A DNA stretch of 63,927 nt, filler included, from Choristocarpus tenellus KU-1152 (Eukaryota; Protista; Phaeophyceae): NCBI GenBank assembly GCA_964200185.2. It is 11 parts of 11 records of this genome, joined end to end, with 100 filler letters (N's around TTAATTAATTAA, not from the genome) between each part and the next. Parts side by side here need not be neighbours in the genome. Positions count along the whole stretch, not along the records: positions 10,998 to 20,929 come from CAXNAD020003273.1; positions 21,030 to 24,600 come from CAXNAD020019192.1; positions 24,701 to 27,685 come from CAXNAD020023146.1; 8 more parts are not named here. One strand, 5' to 3'. How positions within the stretch are numbered: position 1 is the stretch's first letter; every line of letters starts with the position of its first letter. This document shows positions 12,520 to 24,842 of the stretch, one piece after another. Position numbers and translations under genes: made by a program. The notes beneath the pieces were generated by a model, which saw nothing but the letters and a program-made list of their open reading frames with translations, had not been told where the DNA came from and did not search any database.

Positions 12520-14560
12520 GGGGATTGATTTCTTGATCCAGATTCCCAGTTGCTGCGAACCTTTGAGTGTGTAAGTGCATAGTATGTATATTTGATGAGT
12601 GGCTAATCGTATATGTGTATCAATGCCCTAAATTTCACACCATAGGATTGCATTACTGGTCCAGAACAGTGATATATATATAATTGACTAGGCAACTACT
12701 CATGTTCTTCATTTGTTTATCATGTCCTCACCACCCCATGCAAGGTCCATCCAGTTACGTCTCCTGCTCTGTGAGGCACTGGCAAAGACCATGCTGTACA
12801 ACAATGTTTAGGGCGTTCATCGACACACAATCACATAGATCAATCCCAAATGCATCCCATACAACCGCCAAAAGCAATGTTTTGATATGAAGGACTGGTC
12901 GAACAGAACCTTATATCTCACCACCAAGGACAAAAGCAGATAGCCTGATACAACCAAAATCATCAACTGTATAAAAAGATATTCCAAGGTTGAGTATTAC
13001 GGAGAGAGGGATGCAAAGACTCGCAGAAGGGGACAACCAGTAATTATACATTTCCACAAACCACAGCAGCGATGATAGTTACAAAACATCAATACAGCCA
13101 ACCCCGAGGGAAATACATCTATTCCACTATCCAGTCTTCAAGTTATGGTATCAGATCCCAAAAATGGTGTCCGGCTCAGCGGTTCAGCAGGCACTAGGGC
13201 AGTCACAATATGGTGGGGCTTCTTCAATAAGGTACTCAAACTGTTCGATGTGGTGCCCCCTAACAAGGAACCTCACCATACCATCAACTCATGACCTCTT
13301 CAAATCTTCTACTATGCTGCAACCATTATTCTTCGCCACACTGTATCACAGATAATCTTCTCCCACCTATATACCGAGTCTTACTTTGCTGTATTGCATA
13401 AATGTTCAAAACATAATGTGAAAGCGGTCATATACATCTCATGGTGCTTCTTCTTAATCATGGTGATGTATTTTTATCCTAGCAGGGACTGTTCTAACGA
13501 CATAGAAGTTATTGCTATATCCTATGGCGTTCTCTTCCGCTCTTCTGTCCAAGCTATTTCCGTAGGGGACCTCTTCGACTCTCGCATTGGATCCAACAGA
13601 AGAAATGAGGATTCCTTCTAGTAGTGAAGGGATTTCTGAATATAGCAGACACGCAACTACCATTCATGGATGACGTATCTGTGCAGTAGCGAGAAGGTTC
13701 CCTAAACAGGAGGGGGGGATCGTAAAGCCAGAGTGGATCCGTAATACATTGCACTCCAGAGATATAAAATACACGTCGAAGTATACACACCTTACAAATA
13801 CCTTTTACGTAATTATCGATGAGTCCCGCAGAAGGTGTTCAATAATCAAAGATCTTTAATGTAGACCTTACCGTGGAGGTGGTGATGTTTCGCCTTGCAC
13901 AAAATCGCTCAGTTCATCTACTTGATGCGAAAACTGATCGGGGTGGCAATGGTGGAGGGATGGAGCTTCTTACTGATGAGGTTCGTTGCCTACGATAAGT
14001 TTCCTCCACCTAGTCTTCTCCATCGCCCTCGCCAATGTGGGGTGCATGTTGCATATTCTGCGCAGCAGACTTTTTGTAGGTAAAGTCCATCAGTCTAGGT
14101 GGCAAGGGTGGGGGGTTGGATCTTCTTACTGATAAGATCCGTTGCCCAACCGAGATTTCCTCCATCTCGTCTTTCTCATCAACCTCACCAATATGGGGGG
14201 TATGCTGCATATTCTGCACAGCGGATGTTCGAGAGGGAACGTCCACTGGTCGAGGTAGCAAAGATGGAGAGGTGGACCTTATTATGGGTGAGGTTCGTTG
14301 CCCATCCAAGATTTCCTCTATCTGATGATCTTCCCTATCGACCTCGCCAATGGTGGTGGTATGCTGCATATTTTGAGAAGCAGATGTTTTTGACGGAAAG
14401 CCTACTAGGCCCATGATTCGGCGAATCAAGCTTAGGGTAGCTGATTCCCTTGAAGAGCTTTCCTCGTTCCTATGAGAATCCACCCTGCTTGTACCCTCCT
14501 CAATGTCTCCCATCTCCTCATCATCTGCCGTATCTGAGAGATGTGGGCATGTATGGCAAA
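12520..14560 (-). pseudogene. Decayed intronless ORF of unknown origin with an N-terminal repeat region
   Basis: ORF 14010-14513 continues in the same frame through 13554-13790 across 3 stops, then a shifted frame runs to about 12520 with scattered stops. Repeat periods are multiples of 3. No family recognised. Confidence 0.4.
13930..14390 (-). repeat. Three-copy 156/159-bp tandem repeat (52-53 aa unit)
   Basis: Anchor TGCATATT at 14050, 14206 and 14365. Peptide unit: SAxQNMQHxxxIGExDxxDxxEE...QR..S.P.LLPR. Confidence 0.9.
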
Positions 14561-16063
14561 GCCAGATTGATGGGGGGGGCAGAGATTTGGCAGGTGTCAG
14601 TTCCAGAGCATCAACACGATGAAATAAGGAGTAAACAAGGTCTGGTTTTGCCCACTTACAAAGATCAGACTTATCGACTGTCCTTGAACACCAAGAACGT
14701 TTCTATTGTCAAATAGGGACATTATAGAATAATGTGTGCAAGACATAGAGAGGAGCAAGCCCCATCGAACACCCAGAAATTGTTCACCATCACAATCGTA
14801 ATATTTGGCACACTAGTATACAGATTGAAGGATTACAAGGAGATCAAATCACCTACAAATAAAAAATATAGAATGACAAGATCATGACCAAGTCTACTTG
14901 GTGGGATATTCCCTTTGAAATCACCTGTGTTATTCTTGAAGTGGGAAGGTTGTGAACCGTCGAGGAGGCACAGAAGAAGGCGTTTGCACACAAGGAAGGC
15001 AAAGTGATATTGGGGGGTATGGTCATGGTTATTGATGAAGTTTTCAAAACAGTAATCGGGGAGGAGATTAGTACAGCTCAACGCTCAAATTAATAAGAAA
15101 ACTATCATAAATTCAATTTGATTAGGGAGGGTCTAAACCAAATTTTCTATAGAAATTCCATAGACTATATACAGGTCGTTAATGTTAACACGATTGATGT
15201 ACTACAATATAGCAGGAAAAATCACGAAAACATTGGAACATTTACGGACAGTAACTATCATAGTGTGGAACCTGCAACACAAATTCATACTAATGAGTGC
15301 ATGTATTGTTCTCGTGAATATGGAGAACAACAGTGCAGGAAAAATATTCTTATTCTTCTTTCTCAATACACCCAACGAAATACGCGTTTATTGCTCTTCC
15401 TCCTTTTACTCACCACAATCACCAGGCCAACAGGACCCCATTGTGATGAACTCAATTGTGGATGTTGTCTTCTCACCACAGGCATATCCTACAAGTGAAT
15501 TACCAATTGACAGTAGTGAAGGATTGTTGTTGTAGAGTATGAGTTGCATTGAGCGGATCGAAGAAAGGAGAGAATCGTAAGAACATTTCAAGAAGAGGAT
15601 ATTATGCGGCTGTTCATGAGATAATGGCATTAACAGAATGTACCCCAGGTACTACATCCCATGTTCCCTCTATCATTCGGACTAGGTGGAAAGAACAAAT
15701 CGCTATGTGTATTCAAGATAATATGCTTGGTGTTTCCATTCCCTTTGATTGTATCTGCTGGAAGAGATTATTGATAGACTTGCAATACTTCAAGATACCA
15801 AAGCAAGTGTCACAACTAGAGAGATACACCTCGTGTAAATTAACATTGGAAAACTCGCAAGTAATAAACCACATTCCTATTTGTCATACCACACCAATCA
15901 AATAAAAAGAAAGAATGCAACATGCAACACAAGTTCCAACTGGTGGATAACCGTGCAGCACTCTTAGGAGATCCTGGGGGAAATAAAACTATTTCCGACC
16001 TGTGGCTAGAACACCGTAGGAGCTATATAACAAGTGTGTACACACAAAGTTACCATTACTCCG

Positions 16064-18293
16064 TTAATTGGTTAGTTGAATCGTTTCAGTCGTGGCTCTC
16101 AATGAAACGAGGGAGAAGAGAAGATGAAAATAGGGTGTAGTGTTGGTATGGTCAGGTGGATAGAACTCAAACTCCTTCCAGAATCGCTCAACACCCCCTC
16201 TGCATTTTCTTACTGTCTCTATTGGACGTCTAAAAGAGCTCGCCGCACATGCTTCTGCACTGGATGTTATTTCCATCTCCTTTTCCACTGCTGTCCCGTC
16301 AAGCTTAGACATGAACTTCTCAGCCTTGCCAAGGTGTCGGGCTTTCCTTTTCTGCCAGTCAGGATTATGGAAAACGAAGAACGCTCCCCACCCTATAATT
16401 ACATACTCTGGGCACATTGTCCAAGGGGTGAATGTTGAACAGATTGTGTACAGGTGTAAGCGAAACCATTATTTAAGGGTATGGGGGAATATGACATGGA
16501 AATTAACACATCTATCAAGAAAATTATCCCTTTTGTCACATTGAGTCAATCAAGTGCATTCGCCATCTTCTATCCACCCAATCAAGGCACCACTTTTGTC
16601 CTCTGCGAGTTGGGTCATGTACTCTGTTTTCCGTTATGTGTATGAGGCGTGACTCTTCGCCTTCCTTATTCTGAGGGCTTTCAAAGGATGCCAACAACTT
16701 AGGATCGAGATGATGAGTGAGATCAGGCTCCCATATAGACCCATCTCTATCTAGGTATTCCTGCAAACTGACTTAAAGCATGCATCTTGAAACTGTCTTA
16801 AACCATGTGATGAGGAGACAAGGTAGAATTAGGATCATCTTTCTGTTTCAATAGAGCATTTAACAGGAACACTCACGCCAAAAGCCTCCGATTGAGCCAA
16901 TGATGGTAGACACGTCGAGGGGGTCCACTTCCTCGATGCTCAGGATCGATAGGTCATTCAAGTCAAACCTCACGTCAAGAATGCCTGTTGGTGAGGGATA
17001 TTCTATGCCCTCCGTTACCCTTCCCTGATACACACAGACAATTTTAGGATGCAAAGGCAGTTGTGGATGTGATGGATAAAGGTAATCCTCACAACTCTCA
17101 ACGGAACAATATATCAGAATAATAATCTTAGGTGTTTGACTGGGGGTTTCTTGCAAATCGGGTAAACCCGGCACTAGCCGCCATGTGCAAACAACAATGC
17201 ACAGTGGGATATGATCATGAAGTATATGGAATATTTATAGTATAAGGTACATCATTAACGGACTGACATTCATTTATCTAGGCATTCTCCCACAAACATA
17301 CACCATGCAAACCAAGAAATTCCTGTCCCTACATCCATATATTTGTCTTCTCTCTGTCCCTACGTTCCAGTATCGACTCCTGTTCTTGAGCGTAGGCTGG
17401 ACAGTACACTCACACATACTTCAAAAATATAAGAGAAGAATTAGAAACTCACCAGAACCAGCTCTTTCGGTCCCTCTCATGTACCTATCGTATAAAACAA
17501 GAAATTCCTGCCCTTACAAAACTTTGGACTCTATAAAGCTGGAATGTAAGGGTTTTTTTATGCCATATTTTATTTTTGCATTGTCCCGCTAAGCTACGGT
17601 TTAATACCAGAGTTGTAGCTGTTACAAATACTGATCAGGGACAACAATAATAAACAACATATAACTGAGGAGTGCAGCCAATATCAAGACGCACTGATTA
17701 TGCCTCAAAAGGGACCACGTGCACGATTTGACTAGTCTGTGTATGTTGTATAGAGTCAATAGGACGTTTACCCCTGGCATATTCCTTACATCCTACATCT
17801 TGGAATGGCTTTGTGAATAATACAATGGAGACTATCTACCTGATACATTTCTAAAGTACTACTTGGTACAAGAGAAGAAAGTGCTAGCATACGCACATTT
17901 GAATGCCCTTTGGTTCTGAATCCCTTTTATAAATTTTCTGAAAGAGGGAATAGCGTTCACAGAAAATGTAGAAAAATCACAGCACCGAGTATTTTACATC
18001 AGAAATCGTAACACTATGCATCACTCTCAGGAATAGTCTGTTCAATCGCCTTTGGACATAGAAGAATCAAATTTTCCAACTTTGACTCAAATTAGATCAA
18101 CTTACACAGCTATACGCACGACCTTGATCAATAACCAGATACAATCATGGAGACACACCAAGCGAAAACAACCTAAGAGTGCAAAGATTCGAACATATTG
18201 AAGCGACCTTACCTCATAGTTGCTGATTGAATTCGCAGAAATTGTTGACGATATTGCTCCCCCCAAGGTTTTGAACTGAGTTTTCCTGAGACT
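16064..18293 (-). CDS. Membrane protein with a DEG/ENaC-like pre-TM2/TM2 motif (partial; upstream exons perhaps to about 20900)
   Basis: In-phase GT-AG exons 18213-18293 (SLRKTQFKTLGGAISSTISANSISNYE), 16877-17024 (...LSILSIEEVDPLDVSTIIGSIGGFW) and 16407 downward (QYVIIGWGAFFVF...). A candidate first TM segment, IVASWTLFFVAALIWSLAWSLA, lies near 20780-20850. Confidence 0.55.
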
Positions 18294-18797
18294 CTGGGAG
18301 AGGTGGATGGGAGGACGAGAAGAATAGAAATATATTAGTCAGGGCGGAAATGAAGGAAGGGATCAGATTTTGTACGTACGGTCAGATTGAGTCCAGGTAG
18401 CGAGCTTCATTTTTGTGGATGCCAACCTTGTGTGCTTATGTACACAGGAAAATGCATAAGGTGGAAGCCTCCCATGCAACTGCACAGAGTTCATGCCCAT
18501 AAGGCTTATTTATTATCGACCGGGTTATATATATATCTCTAAAAAGATTATGGGCAGGTGTGATGTATCCCTTCTTCGGGTCCCACCCTCATATCTTTCG
18601 AGCTCATCGCTGTAACACTGGAGGACAAACTGCTCTCTACTCACGTATATCATTAAAAACAGTACACAGTACGATCCCTCCTATCCAATCCTCCATTTTG
18701 TTTCTGGCATCGTTCTATATTGTCCTAGGATATCAACAGCCCTGTACTATCCGCGCCAAGACAAACCAACTGACGATATTATCATTATCTGCTCTTT

Positions 18798-18915
18798 GCG
18801 CAAGGTGCGTTCAAAGGTTTGATGATTCGCGGGATTCTGCAATTCGCAAGACGTATCGCATTTCGCTGCGTTCTTCATCGTTGCGGGAGCCAAGACATCC
18901 GTCGCTGAAAGTTTT
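18798..18915 (-). rRNA. 5.8S rRNA: 5.8S rRNA fragment, 3'-truncated orphan (pseudogene)
   Basis: Minus strand reads AAAACTTTCAGCGACGGATGTCTTGGCTCCCGCAACGATGAAGAACGCAGCGAAATGCGATACGTCTTGCGAATTGCAGAATC...TTTGAACGCACCTTGCGC (118 nt). No 18S or 28S sequence on either side. Confidence 0.95.
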
Positions 18916-20055
18916 GCGCAGGTGATCAAAAACGGCATGTGATGTGATTTGTCCTTTCAAGCTAAATCTCAAGCACAAAACCAATCTAGACGTACAAGGA
19001 CGCTCAAAGCTTTATTCATACAGTGCAGTAGAGTACCGAAAATGTCAACGGAAGGCAACATAGAGTATTTCCGTATATGCATCATTTGCAGATACTACAC
19101 GTTGGATACAGGTTATGATTCAAGAAGAACGATATATTGAAAAAGAAGGCGTATGAATATTGAACCAAAGTAAACGATATGTACCCAGGTTTTGACCGTT
19201 TTTGTATTCTTAGTGTGTGTTTTCAATCTTTTGCAATTCATACATATTTCTGTGGGTGGAGTTCTAAGTTCGACTTGAGAGCATTTGTGTCTCTATCGGT
19301 TTTAAAGATTCTCACACGATTCAGAAAATATCCTATACATATTTGCAAAAAAAAGTTGATTTTTCATGTATTGTCAGCATCCTTAAACTACAACTCTGTC
19401 TGGGGTCTCTTGTTTGCTTTGAATCATTGGAAATACCCCATCTAAAAATCTGTAGAGGGTGTGAGTATCAATTCCATTATTTTTTTCCGCTGTATGAGAA
19501 AATGAAATAAATGTGGATGTGTTGTTATCAGGTATTATTCTTGCAAAATGGAGTCTCAGCATCCACTTGTAAGAGGTATGCGGTAGCTCCGTTTGTGCTT
19601 TTTGTGAACGCTTTCTAGACTTGCGACTTTAGTGATGCGAAAATGTAATAACTAGGTCTCTGGTCTCTGGCTCTGGCCTCCATTGCACCCTGCATCAAGT
19701 TGCACAATGTCTTCAATTTTCCAAAAGGGGAACGCACACACCACTCAGGATATTATAATAGCATAATGGGGAATATTTGCCTTGGTTTACACTCGTTACC
19801 CTTTAGCAACAACGGGTTTTCATTGGTGGTCTCTGACTCTGTTTGCCATTGCTCTATTCGCACTCATTACTGCTCCCATTGTGATTTATGGCCTATTGGT
19901 CCCGATGAAAGCTACTTTTGCATGCCACTCAAAATGGACATCACGGGAGGGCGATGCAGGCAACGACTTCACTTCATCAGACATTCCAACACAAAGAAAA
20001 CGTTAATCATGGCACATGGGAGATTTGTTGGGACTTAAGTAAGCCCTTGAACTAC

Positions 20056-20316
20056 GAGCCAAATTATCTTAGAGGGTAGAGTCGCGTCCATTTAGGGGAC
20101 AAAATCCAATGTTGCGATTTTGATGTAGTTTTGAGTATTCTGTTTGTTTAGGAAGTGTCAATATCCTCGTTACGGACGCACCTTTTCATGACGTACACAT
20201 TTTACCTACTCCGAAACATCTTGGAGTAGGAAGACGTCATACAAGTACTCCATGGGAAGCCAAGCCCCAAATGGACAAACAGGGCAAAATTCGTACCCTC
20301 TAAGATCCTTTCACTC
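20056..20316. mobile_element. MITE family A, full length, TSD CTAC
   Basis: CTAC|GAGCCAAATTATCTTAGAGGGTA ... TACCCTCTAAGATCCTTTCACTC|CTAC. Confidence 0.95.
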
Positions 20317-21029
20317 CTACCGAAAAAGCAACTAGTCGTCAGCTGACTGCTTTGTTGGTAGATCAAGGGTTTCCTGGACTTCTAACAGGATCCACACTCC
20401 AATCAATGCAACCAGGAGAAGATTACAGATTAACCTCGTATTCTAGGCACTTTTAAAATTTTAATTCTATGCGAAATTTGGTTTGTTCATTCACTTGGAA
20501 GTGCTATAATATCATATTGAGGTGTTGGGGTTCACATGAAAATCGGTGAGTCTTCATTGCAAGCTCTGATACCTCTCCGATTTTATTGGTCGTGGACGAA
20601 GTGTGGGAAAAAACATTCTTGGTTGTAGAGAGAGAAGAGGAGTAGACACAGATCTGTCCAGGGCTTTTTTCGAGACACAAAGTCAATGTCAAGATATCGC
20701 GCCTTGATCAAGGGTTCTCTGTATGTGGGGAAGAAAAAAACAACAGGTTGGGAGGTCTAGCCCCAAAACAAGAGGGGAGGTCAGCCAAAGACCACGCAAG
20801 GGACCATATGAGTGCCGCCACGAAGAAAAGAGTCCAGGATGCCACTATAGTACTGATGTTACAGGCGAATAGAGCGAGTATTTCTTCTTATATTTCAACG
20901 AAGTGCAAACGTTTGTTACACGCGAATAGNNNNNNNNNNNNNNNNNNNNNNNNNNNNNNNNNNNNNNNNNNNNTTAATTAATTAANNNNNNNNNNNNNNN
21001 NNNNNNNNNNNNNNNNNNNNNNNNNNNNN

Positions 21030-21105
21030 CATGTTTCCTGCTTATGACCCAAATGGACGCCCTGGTGTAGATTCCCCCCCCCCACCCCCCAAGATACTTT
21101 GGGCC
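21030..21105. mobile_element. MITE family B right half (contig start)
   Basis: CCCAAATGGACGCCCTGGTGTAGA-polyC-AAGATACTTTGGGCC. Confidence 0.85.
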
Positions 21106-21592
21106 AGAGCTTGATTTGGGATATATCAATGGAAGGAGACTAATGATGAACAGCAGAAAATAACACATGTGACATTTCTGGGCACACACTTTACTGTAGA
21201 CTTGAGACAAAATAGGGTGTATGTCCTACCGAAAAACGCTATGAACTCTCTCAATCTTATTCCCCTCAGGCCTTGCACTGTTTCGACTACTCATCATGTG
21301 ATGTGGGCGATAAGGATGAGTCAACTCCAACTAAAAACTGGAGGAAAGCATATTTCCGATAGAAATTAGGACTCGTAAATGCTTCGAAGTAGGGACAGTT
21401 TATTGTAAGTTCTAAGTAAGAATGAATGAATGTGCACATACATAGATTATTAGTAACTATTTTATTGATTGTACTGGTGTCTGGTGTGGACACACTACAA
21501 CTCTTGGCTCTTTCTCATCCTGCTTTAGTTCCCTGCCCGATTGGTCAAGCAAAGACGATATATGTGAAGCAGCTTGGGTGAGTCTTGCGATC

Positions 21593-21836
21593 GAGTGAAA
21601 GTATCTTAGGGTTAGGGTTCGAGTTTTGCCCTGTTTGTCCATTTGGGACTTCCCACGCGTTTTTAATGACATTCTACCTACTCCAAAACATTTCGGAGTG
21701 GGTAAAATATGTTATGAAAAGGTGTGTCTGGAACAAGGATATCTCCTAACAAACATGATAGCCAAAATTGCATCAAAATTGCATAAATGGATTTTGGCCC
21801 CCAAATGGACGCGGCTCTACCCTCTAAGATACTTTG
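21593..21836. mobile_element. MITE family A copy with TTAGGG repeat inside the left TIR
   Basis: GAGTGAAAGTATC-TTAGGGTTAGGGTT-CGAGTTTTGCC, versus consensus GAGTGAAAGTATCTTAGAGGGTACGAGTTTTGCC. Confidence 0.93.
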
Positions 21837-21959
21837 AATGATTGATAAGTCCTGTACAGAGGATTAACTGTACTCTATCTCTCACCTCACTCTCACTAAC
21901 TGAATGGTCGCGGCCAATGACCTACGTCATTATTCTCCTTTGTGACCGATCTCTGGTAG

Positions 21960-23573
21960 GCCCGAGACCTGCAGGAGGGGCAGGCAAAAGAGCACCTTAC
22001 CTCCCTCGAGGATCTGAGGACCCGTTTGACCTCTGAGACCAGGGAGTACGGCAAGGAACTGGTAGGACTGAGAGGAGATCTGGAACGAGCGCAGGAGAGC
22101 ACACGTGTTCACGAAGGGAGGTCTTCTAAGCTGCAGGTGGGTGAGGTAGACAGCCATTGGCGCTATGAGCGAGGAGGGGTGGAGTAGAGGTGGGATGGAC
22201 TCCTGGGTAGGGGTGTTGGGGGGTAAGGGTATTGGGTAGACCACTGGGGGAGGGACTCAGAGCGTTTTGCGCGGTGTATTGATTCATTTGTTATTCTTGG
22301 ATTGGCAAAGGCACCAGGTGGTCGGGGTTTTTTTTAATAGAAAGGGGGAGTTGAGAAAGAGAGGTTGAGGGGAGGGGGTTCAGGAAAAGTGGGGAAGTGA
22401 CTAGAAATGAAAAACAGGGGTTGAGTGAGGGGGGATGCCCCTACTCCTCTGAAGGTAGGGTAAGTGTAGGAGATTTAGGTTGCTTTATGCACCTTTTTTG
22501 GGACAAGGAACACACTAGTATTGTTAGTGCCTTTCACATGTACTAAAACCTGCAACATATTCCAAAAGTTATACTATTTTTTTGTACCTAACTGTTGACT
22601 TGTACGAAGTTACTGAACTCTCTTCGATCTGGTTGCTGCTTCCAACCTTAGACGGAGGTTGCTGTCCTTCAGAGGTCTGTTGAAGGCCTACAGCAGCGTG
22701 TATTAGAGATGGATCGGGACAAGCAACTTGCCCAAGAGGTCGTTGTCGCTAATACGAGCAAGGTCTGTTTGCCTTCAGCCTGTCTTCACATTTAGATTGG
22801 TGCAGTACTGAGTGACAGACAAGCATGGGACAGAGAAGATAGAAAAGATGGGAATTGTGGAGTGAAGGGGGGGGGGGGATGAGCAATTAGGTTGACGTTT
22901 TGTCAGTCTTTGTAAAAACTTCAACACACTTTATCACTCTGCAAGCACAGATGGGAAATCAACAAAATGATATCGAAAAACGTTCTAGTAAGTACTATTG
23001 GTGCAGTGTTGGACAGAGGCATGTAGAACTTGTGAGTTGTGATGGACTTTTTTGCACCAAATGGGGAGGGACCATCTAGATGATAAATGAACTATCTCAA
23101 ATATAATAATAAACAGGAATGTAATGTCTCCCTCTTGCAAGGGGACAAAAAGGCAACCCTCTCCCGTACCATAAAGAGAGTAGGTAGGTGTGAGCAACTC
23201 ACATATTCCAGGATGACACCTAACCTGAACTCACTCAGTTCAAGACATCATTATATCAGCCGTTCCTCCTCACCTTTCCCCTCCCTCCCCTCCTTTGCCT
23301 ACTCACACCCTGCTCCCGCCGTATCAATTTCATGGAAAACCAAAGGTAGAGCAGCAGCATGCATCAGAGCTTAGAGCTGCGGAACGTCGCCTGACTGAGA
23401 CCAGGACTGCTCTTACTGCCCTGGAAGGGGTCTGCAAGGAAAAGGAGGACCAACTTGCCATCCTACGCCAGGGCTACTCACAAAGTTTACACGTCCTTGA
23501 GAAGTCAGTTGGGCAGGCTCTGTCTGCCGCTATTGAGACTGCTCACCAACGAGGAGTGACAGGAGCTTCATAG
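21960..23573 (+). CDS. Coiled-coil protein, last three exons
   Basis: Phase-0 GT-AG exons 21960-22136 (ARDLQEGQAKEHLTSLEDLRTRL...), 22652-22762 (TEVAVLQRSVEGLQQRVLEM...) and 23346-23573 (VEQQHASELRAAERRL...GAS*). Heptad-rich. Confidence 0.8.
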
Positions 23574-24472
23574 TTGAACAAAGGAGATGCAAGGCAGAGA
23601 GTACCATGGGTCATTGTTGTGGCTGTGATTTGAGGTGTTGCTATGGTGTGCAGACATGTTATGAGCATGGGATAAGTGTTACGTGGGTATGAAGAAGAAA
23701 ATGATACTACTACGGCCGATTGATAACCCTGGTGTTGCTGGAGATGAGGGGATGAAGTGGCCTTTGTGTTGTACAGTTTGTTGTCATTGTCTCTGCAAAG
23801 TGTTGATAGCAACAACACCATCGCTGAGGGTGTTTCTCGGGTCCATTCATTCATCAAGTGCTGTTGAAGGCACCTAGGAGAGGCAAATATACCTATACTT
23901 TTGGATGTATTGTCGGCATTGTTAGTACTGATGTAGATATCTATTTACAATGCAAACAATTGGAAGGGACTTCACTCTGCTACCACTCCCCTCCCCCGTT
24001 CGTTATTTTTTTACTAATTTGCTCAAGACGGATAGAGGCAGGCATAGTTTTGAGTCCCTTCTGATTCTTTTGTATTTACAGGAAATACTTCAGCAAGAGT
24101 GTATTATGGTTGAACAAGGATGACACCACCACTGATGAAACAGAATACATGAGATGTGCAACAACCAATTGTAGGCCTATGCAGTCACATTCATACTAAG
24201 TAGCCCCTCTCTATATATATACATGTATGCTGTGTGCAGATAAAACAGTCTGCCTGATACACAATTTTACAACTTCTTACCTCAAACTGATACTGGAATT
24301 TGGGGTCATTCATGATGGTTTACCATGGAGGACGGTTTATTTCCATATTTGATCCATTCATGGACACCTCAAGTAAGAGATAATTCCCAGGTTTGGTAGT
24401 GGTGAGATTGGTGACGAATACTCAAGCCTAACTACTACTACTACTACTACTACTACTGTAAAAGAGGGATTG

Positions 24473-24600
24473 GGGTCAAAGTATCTAGGGGGGGTAGCGG
24501 CTGTCCATTTGGGGCCTATTTTTCCATAATATCACGATTTTGGGGTGATGTAAGAGCTCTTTTCCTGGTCAGGGCCCAAATGGACACCCTGTTCTAGCCC
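24473..24600. mobile_element. MITE family B (truncated by contig end)
   Basis: GGGTCAAAGTATCTAGGGGGGGTAGCGGCTGTCCATTTGGGG...CCCAAATGGACACCCTG. Confidence 0.88.
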
Positions 24601-24700
24601 NNNNNNNNNNNNNNNNNNNNNNNNNNNNNNNNNNNNNNNNNNNNTTAATTAATTAANNNNNNNNNNNNNNNNNNNNNNNNNNNNNNNNNNNNNNNNNNNN

Positions 24701-24842
24701 GGACACACCTTCTCATAACATACACATTTTACCTACTTCGAAACACTTTGGAGTAGAAAAATGTCATTAAAAACCCCATAGGATGCCAAGCCTCAAATGG
24801 ACAAACAGGGCAAAACTCGTACCCTCTAAGATACTTTCACTC
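24701..24842. mobile_element. MITE family A right half (contig start)
   Basis: Ends CCCTCTAAGATACTTTCACTC; nearly identical to the nested copy at 25601-25859. Confidence 0.92.

Noticed and set aside
18747-18938. 63-aa ORF (…[18 protein letters not shown]…)
   Set aside because: It is a spurious translation of the 5.8S rRNA sequence.
18560-19450. Complete rDNA operon
   Set aside because: No 18S 3' end or 28S 5' end is recognisable within kilobases on either side, and the 5.8S itself is truncated.
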